Assembly (NCBI GenBank): GCA_041687695.1
Contig: JAWLBL010000022.1
Span: forward strand, 64,001 to 128,000
Direction of reading: 5' to 3'
DNA: 64,000 nucleotides
Source of the DNA: Myxococcota bacterium
Lineage (GTDB): Bacteria; Myxococcota_A; UBA9042; PHBI01; JAWLBL01
Positions 59,292 through 64,000 of this stretch are shown here, piece by piece. Within the stretch, counting starts at the first letter, position 1; each line of letters begins with the position of its first letter. The position numbers and the translations under genes are program-made. The notes under the pieces are model-generated. The model was not told where the DNA came from and made no database searches. It saw only the letters and a list, made by a program, of their open reading frames with translations.

Positions 59292-61738
59292 AGGGCCGAG
59301 CAGGCGCCGAGGGGACCGACCAGCTCGGCGGTCTCGCCGGCGAGGACGCTGCCGAGGAAGGCGTGCGCCTGGTTGTGCAGGCCGCAGATGGGCGAGGCGC
59401 TGGAGATCGGAGCCTCGAGCGCCACGGCCGGCGGGTGCGGCTGCTCGAAGCGCTGCGTGCAGACCGGCGTGATGAGCTGCGCATGGCAGTTGTCGCTGTA
59501 ATAGAAGAGGCCCGACGTGAACACCTGGCCCTGGAACTCCGTGTTGGCGGTCTCGGGTTCGACGTGGTCGGTCAGGTCGAGGTTGAAGCTGCCCGGGACG
59601 TCGTCGGCCAGCTCCCAAAGGACCGGCAAGTCGTAGCCCTTCAGGCCGAGCGCCCGGTTGTAGGTGATCTGGGCGGGCGTGTAGAGCGTCTCGTCCCAGC
59701 TGTCGCTCGAGCTGAGAAAGTCCGGGCGCGGGCGGTCCTTGCCGCGCAAGCGCAGGACGTAGGGCGCGTAGCCCAGCGGGTCGCCGCGCTCGCTGAGCCA
59801 CTGCAAGAGCTGCAGCGGCAGGTTCAGGTGTCCCTCGGTCTGCAGGCGCGGCGGGGGCGTCTTCAGGCCCATCGTCGCGAACAGCACGCCCGAGGCCTGC
59901 ACCGCGTTGGCCGGCGCCTTGAGCAGGTTCTCCGTCAGGATGCGACCGGAGCCGACGCTCGCCAAGATGGCCTGGAAGTCGTCGACGGTCGCGAACAGGG
60001 CCGTGTGGAACGAGGTGCCGAAGCTGAGCGAGGCGTGGAACAGGCGGGTCGGGTCGAAGGAGAGGCCGTCCATGACCTGGCTCCAGTCGCCGGTCTGCAG
60101 CGTCTCGACCAGGTTGGCCGTGTCGGCGGTGATGCTCAGCAGGTTGGCCTCGATGACCCGCGGGTCGACGCTCTGCGGCACCGCGAACAGGGGCGCCACC
60201 GCCGCCGCGGCCGAGCCGCCGTCGCCGATGTAGTCGGGCGCGTAGCCCTCGTCGCCGGCCGAAAGGCCCGTGTACTGGTTGGACAGGTCGGTGCCGGTCG
60301 GCACGACCAGGTTCAGGTCCGGCACGAACTCGGTCGACAGGCGCCCGCCGTGGAAGACCATGTCGATGGCGATGGTGGCCAGGCCCAGCTCGCAGCCGAG
60401 GTTCGCGATGGGCAGCGCGTCGGCGCGCGTCGCTCCGCCGCCATGGCTGAACACGACGACCGGCAGGTCGGCGGGGTCATCGAGGTGTTCCTCGCACAGA
60501 AACAGCGTGAACGGGACCATGCTGGAGACCGACGCGACGGGGAGGCCGTCGTCGCCGAGGGCGAGGGGGGCGATGGCCGCCGTGTCGCCCGTGCGCTGCA
60601 TGTTGAAGGTCGGGACCGTGAGGCTGCCGTTGACGACGCGCCCGATGTTGGCGTGGTAGGTGCCGCCGGTGTATGGCCCGTCCTGCCCGGGCAGCTGGCT
60701 GGCCTCGACGCGGCTGCCGGCGCTCCACACGCCGGGGTTGTCGGCGAAGGGCGCCAGCGGCTCGCCGAAGTAGGCGTCGAGGGCCGGGCCGTCGATGACC
60801 GGGGCCTCGATGGGCTCGTCGGTCTCGGCGTTCCAGGCGACGGCGCGGGTCGGGGTCGAGATATGGGCCCGCGCCGCCGCGACGACCGCCTCGGCCAGGG
60901 GCATCGTGGGCTCGGTGGTGAAGACGGTCGCGACGAGGAGGTGGTCCGGAGTCAGCGGATTGGTCGGCTCGGCGAGCCACTCGCGCGCGGGGGCGAAGGC
61001 GGCGCGGGCCGGCGCGGGGGCGTCGCCGTCGTCGGCCAGGACGGCGGCGAGGCCGGCCTGGGGAGCGATGGCGCGGCCGTCGGCGAGCTTGGGGCCGGGC
61101 TGGATGAAGGCGACGTAGGTCGAGTCGGGCATCATGAACTGGCCCACGCGGGGCGTGATGACCAGGGCGGATCCGCTGGGGTCCAGCTCGACCCGCACCC
61201 CCACGGTCTGGCCTTTGGCGGCGCCGGCGACCCCGATCAGGCCGACCTTGCCATCGAACGAGGCGAGGTCGAGCTCGGCGTCGGGGTGGAGGAACAGGTT
61301 GATGCCCGCCGCGAAGCCGAAGCCCTCGCGGCCGTCGGCGGCGGCGCTGAGCAGGGCCAGGATCTCGGGCTTGGCCTGGGCGCCGATGACCGGGTCGTCC
61401 TCGAAGGGCTGCAGCGCGACCCGGCCCTGGGCGTCCAGGTAGAGGTCGTTCGGGAAGGGGGCGGCCGAGACCGGCTGGGCGGGGTCGAGGCCGAAGGCGA
61501 AGACCGCCGCGGGGTCGACTGGCTCGGTGGGGCCGGTGTCGGCGTCGTCCACGGTGTCGGCCGAGGTCGTGTCGGCGTCGTCCTCCACGTCGGGGTCGCC
61601 GCCCAGATCGTCCTGGACCTCGGCCTTGGTGTCCGGGCTGGTGTCGCCGCCGGCCGTGGGACCGTCGTCGCCGCAGGCGCCCAGCGCGGCCGAGGACAGG
61701 AGGGCGAGACCGAGCCGGAGGTGACGATACAGCCGCAT
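59273..61738 (-). CDS. Lipoprotein with lipase-like alpha/beta-hydrolase domain
   Basis: Lipobox [29 protein letters not shown], elbow-like ASLSFG. Confidence 0.75.
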   Translation of the reverse strand: MRLYRHLRLGLALLSSAALGACGDDGPTAGGDTSPDTKAEVQDDLGGDPDVEDDADTTSADTVDDADTGPTEPVDPAAVFAFGLDPAQPVSAAPFPNDLYLDAQGRVALQPFEDDPVIGAQAKPEILALLSAAADGREGFGFAAGINLFLHPDAELDLASFDGKVGLIGVAGAAKGQTVGVRVELDPSGSALVITPRVGQFMMPDSTYVAFIQPGPKLADGRAIAPQAGLAAVLADDGDAPAPARAAFAPAREWLAEPTNPLTPDHLLVATVFTTEPTMPLAEAVVAAARAHISTPTRAVAWNAETDEPIEAPVIDGPALDAYFGEPLAPFADNPGVWSAGSRVEASQLPGQDGPYTGGTYHANIGRVVNGSLTVPTFNMQRTGDTAAIAPLALGDDGLPVASVSSMVPFTLFLCEEHLDDPADLPVVVFSHGGGATRADALPIANLGCELGLATIAIDMVFHGGRLSTEFVPDLNLVVPTGTDLSNQYTGLSAGDEGYAPDYIGDGGSAAAAVAPLFAVPQSVDPRVIEANLLSITADTANLVETLQTGDWSQVMDGLSFDPTRLFHASLSFGTSFHTALFATVDDFQAILASVGSGRILTENLLKAPANAVQASGVLFATMGLKTPPPRLQTEGHLNLPLQLLQWLSERGDPLGYAPYVLRLRGKDRPRPDFLSSSDSWDETLYTPAQITYNRALGLKGYDLPVLWELADDVPGSFNLDLTDHVEPETANTEFQGQVFTSGLFYYSDNCHAQLITPVCTQRFEQPHPPAVALEAPISSASPICGLHNQAHAFLGSVLAGETAELVGPLGACSALYGSAK

Positions 61739-61920
61739 TGCGATGCTCCCGAGGTGGACGCGGTTGGCGACGCAGCGAAGCGCCAAGGGCCCGTGATGTC
61801 AAGGCCGCCGCGACGCGTGAATGCGGCGCCGCGTCGTGGTATGGGTCGGTCGGCCGCTTTGGGGACCGGGAGGACGGCATCAGTCGGAGCGAGGTCGCAG
61901 CGTCGCCGGCCGAGGCGGGC

Positions 61921-63405
61921 GTGAGGCGGTCGAGGGTCGCCCTCGAGGCCGCCGCGGTGTTCCTGGTCGCCTGGGGCGCCTTCGCCTGGACGGTCCTGCC
62001 CCAGGACGCCCTGGTCACCATCGACGGCTACTTCCACATGCGGCTGGCCCAGCAGATGGGCGAGCACGGGCCGTTCGTCGGGGTGCGCGGGCTGCCGCTC
62101 ACCCTGCTGGGCGAGGCCGGCCCCGATCACCACTGGCTGTGGCACCTGCTGCTGATGCCGTTCGGGCAGCTGCCCGACCTGTTCGTCGCCATGAAGTGGG
62201 CCGCGACCGTGGCCGCCGCCGCCGTCGCCGCCGGGCTGCACGTCGTGGCGCGCGCGCTGCGCCTGCCGTGGCCCGCGCTGTTCGCCCTGCTGGGTGTCGC
62301 CGGGGCCCTGCTGATGCCGGGCCGGCTGGTCATGCTGGGCGCGCAGAACCTGGCGGTCCTCTTCATCGCGGCCGCGCTGTGGGGCCTGCACCGCCAGCGG
62401 CCGCTCGCCCTGGCCCTGGTCGCCTTCCTGTTCCTGCAGGCCTACCACGCGGCCGTCATCCTGGCGCCGCTGGCGCTGCTGCACGTCCTGGTCGCGGCCA
62501 CCCGCCACCGCCGCCTGCCCTGGCGCCCCGCCGCCGCCCTGGCCGCCGGCGCCGCCCTGGCCCTGGCCTTGAACCCCTGGTTCCCGCGCAACGTCGAGTA
62601 CCTGTTCTTCCACACCCTCTACAAGGTCTCGAACACCCAGCGCCTCAGCGTCGGCGCCGAGTGGGGCGCCCCGCCGCTCGAGGCCCTCCTGACCGGCGCC
62701 TGGCCGGTCCTCGTGGCCCTGCTGGCCGGCGCCGCGGCCTTCGCGCTGGCCCGCCGCCGCGACCCCCAGCGCGCCCTGGGCGACGACACCCTGCTGTGGC
62801 TGCTGGCGACCGCGCTCTTCTTCGCCATGCACCTGACCGCCTGGCGCTTCGTCGAGTACCTGACCCCGGCCGCGGCGCTGGCCGCCGGCTTGCTGTTTCG
62901 CGACGCCGGCGCCGCCCGCTGGCGCCCCGCCCCCCGCCGCGCCCTGGCCGCCGCGCTGGCGCTGGTCATCGCCGTGCAGGGCGCCCGCGGCCTGGCCGTC
63001 GTCCGCGAGCAGGCCACCTTCGTGCCCAGCAAATACGCAGAGTTCGCGGCCATCCTGCGCGCCGAGGCCGCCCCGGGCGAGCGCGTCTTCAACCGGGTCT
63101 GGGAGGACTACGTCTTCCTGTACTGGCACAACCCGCAGCTGACCTACGTCAACGGTCTGGACCCGCACTACCTGGCCTACGCCGACCCGGGGCGCTTCCG
63201 GCTGTGGCAGTGGGTGCAGACGGTGGCCGCCGACGACCCGAACGACCCCGCGCCGGTCATCGCGCAGGCCTTCGGCGCCCGCTGGGTCGTCGTCAACCGC
63301 GCCGGGCGCAACCTGGCCCAGCGCCTGGGCCGCAGCCCCTACGCCGTGCTGCGCCACGAGTCGCGCTGGGGCTGGCTGTTCGAGCTGCGCCTGCCGCCCG
63401 GGTAG
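61921..63405 (+). CDS. Polytopic membrane protein, putative GT-C glycosyltransferase-like
   Basis: TM then IDGYFHMRLA, DHHWLWHLL, LNPWFP, AEW, RFVEY, periplasmic tail VFN..W..NGLDP. Confidence 0.65.
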   Translation: MRRSRVALEAAAVFLVAWGAFAWTVLPQDALVTIDGYFHMRLAQQMGEHGPFVGVRGLPLTLLGEAGPDHHWLWHLLLMPFGQLPDLFVAMKWAATVAAAAVAAGLHVVARALRLPWPALFALLGVAGALLMPGRLVMLGAQNLAVLFIAAALWGLHRQRPLALALVAFLFLQAYHAAVILAPLALLHVLVAATRHRRLPWRPAAALAAGAALALALNPWFPRNVEYLFFHTLYKVSNTQRLSVGAEWGAPPLEALLTGAWPVLVALLAGAAAFALARRRDPQRALGDDTLLWLLATALFFAMHLTAWRFVEYLTPAAALAAGLLFRDAGAARWRPAPRRALAAALALVIAVQGARGLAVVREQATFVPSKYAEFAAILRAEAAPGERVFNRVWEDYVFLYWHNPQLTYVNGLDPHYLAYADPGRFRLWQWVQTVAADDPNDPAPVIAQAFGARWVVVNRAGRNLAQRLGRSPYAVLRHESRWGWLFELRLPPG

Positions 63406-63411
63406 GCGGCG

Positions 63412-64000
63412 TCAGCGGGCCCGACGCGCGGGGGCCGGCGTCTCGGCCTCGACCCGCGCGACCAGCTCGGCCACGGCGTCGGCGACGAAGCCGGGGTGCG
63501 ACAGCGGGACCCAGTGGCCGGCGTCGAGCGGCAGGCGCTCGAGGCGGGGGGCGAAGCGCTCGAGGCCCTGGCTGAGCGGCGCGGTGACGTAGGGGTCGCC
63601 GCTGGGGACGATGACGCGCACCGGCAGGTCGGTGGTGCGGCGCTGGGGGCGCGCCATGGGGCGCAGGAAGTTGGCCCGGTACAGGTTGACGCCGTGGCGG
63701 CCGTCGCGGGGCAGGGTGGGGGCGGGCGCGTGGGTGATGCCCTCGGCGGCGAGCAGGTGTGGGAAGGCGCGGGCGGCGCCGGCGCGCCAGACCAGCGGCG
63801 GCAGGACGGGCAGGTGGAAGAAGGCCACATACCACGAGCGAGACAGCTGGCGCAGCGCGTCGGGGGCCGTCGCGAGCGAGGTCAGGCGCTGGCGCATCCA
63901 CAGGGCGGCGTGGTCCAGGGGCGGCCCGCTGATCGCGGTGAAGGAGGCGAGGCGGCCGTCGAAGCGGCCCGACAGGACGGCCTCCCAGCCCTGGATGGAG
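63412..64000 (-). CDS. Alpha/beta hydrolase, epoxide-hydrolase (EphD N-terminal)-like; partial, start beyond the window
   Basis: Frame open to window end: SIQGWEAV..LASFTAISGPPLDH..SWYVAFF..VNLYRANF..DPYV..AGHW. Confidence 0.8.
   Translation of the reverse strand, partial: SIQGWEAVLSGRFDGRLASFTAISGPPLDHAALWMRQRLTSLATAPDALRQLSRSWYVAFFHLPVLPPLVWRAGAARAFPHLLAAEGITHAPAPTLPRDGRHGVNLYRANFLRPMARPQRRTTDLPVRVIVPSGDPYVTAPLSQGLERFAPRLERLPLDAGHWVPLSHPGFVADAVAELVARVEAETPAPARRAR

Overview
Very GC-rich bacterial DNA whose gene content (many Cys-rich lipoproteins, a giant TPR protein, sigma54 promoters) suggests a myxobacterium-like deltaproteobacterium; this taxonomy is inference. About 42 real genes can be supported; most other entries in the ORF track are GC-rich shadow frames. 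Main blocks: (1) a nitric-oxide reductase locus, norC(di-heme)-norB-norQ-norD-rrf2-ywiC, with a divergent CBS gene and an alginate-export-type porin, each of the three units preceded by a consensus sigma54 -24/-12 promoter; (2) a 5.5-kb variable locus (15.0-20.5 kb) in which lower-GC cargo genes sit between duplicated copies of the flanking DNA and two arrays of a palindromic 41-42 bp non-coding repeat, with a third related array at 52.1 kb; (3) several modular Cys-rich surface lipoproteins; (4) a FIST(NosP-like)-histidine kinase pair, a RavA/ViaA-like pair, a MarR-TolC-MFP-RND efflux operon, rnhB and lipase-like lipoproteins. I found no rRNA, tRNA, CRISPR-cas, integrase or transposase. All family calls come from motif recognition by eye, not from database searches.
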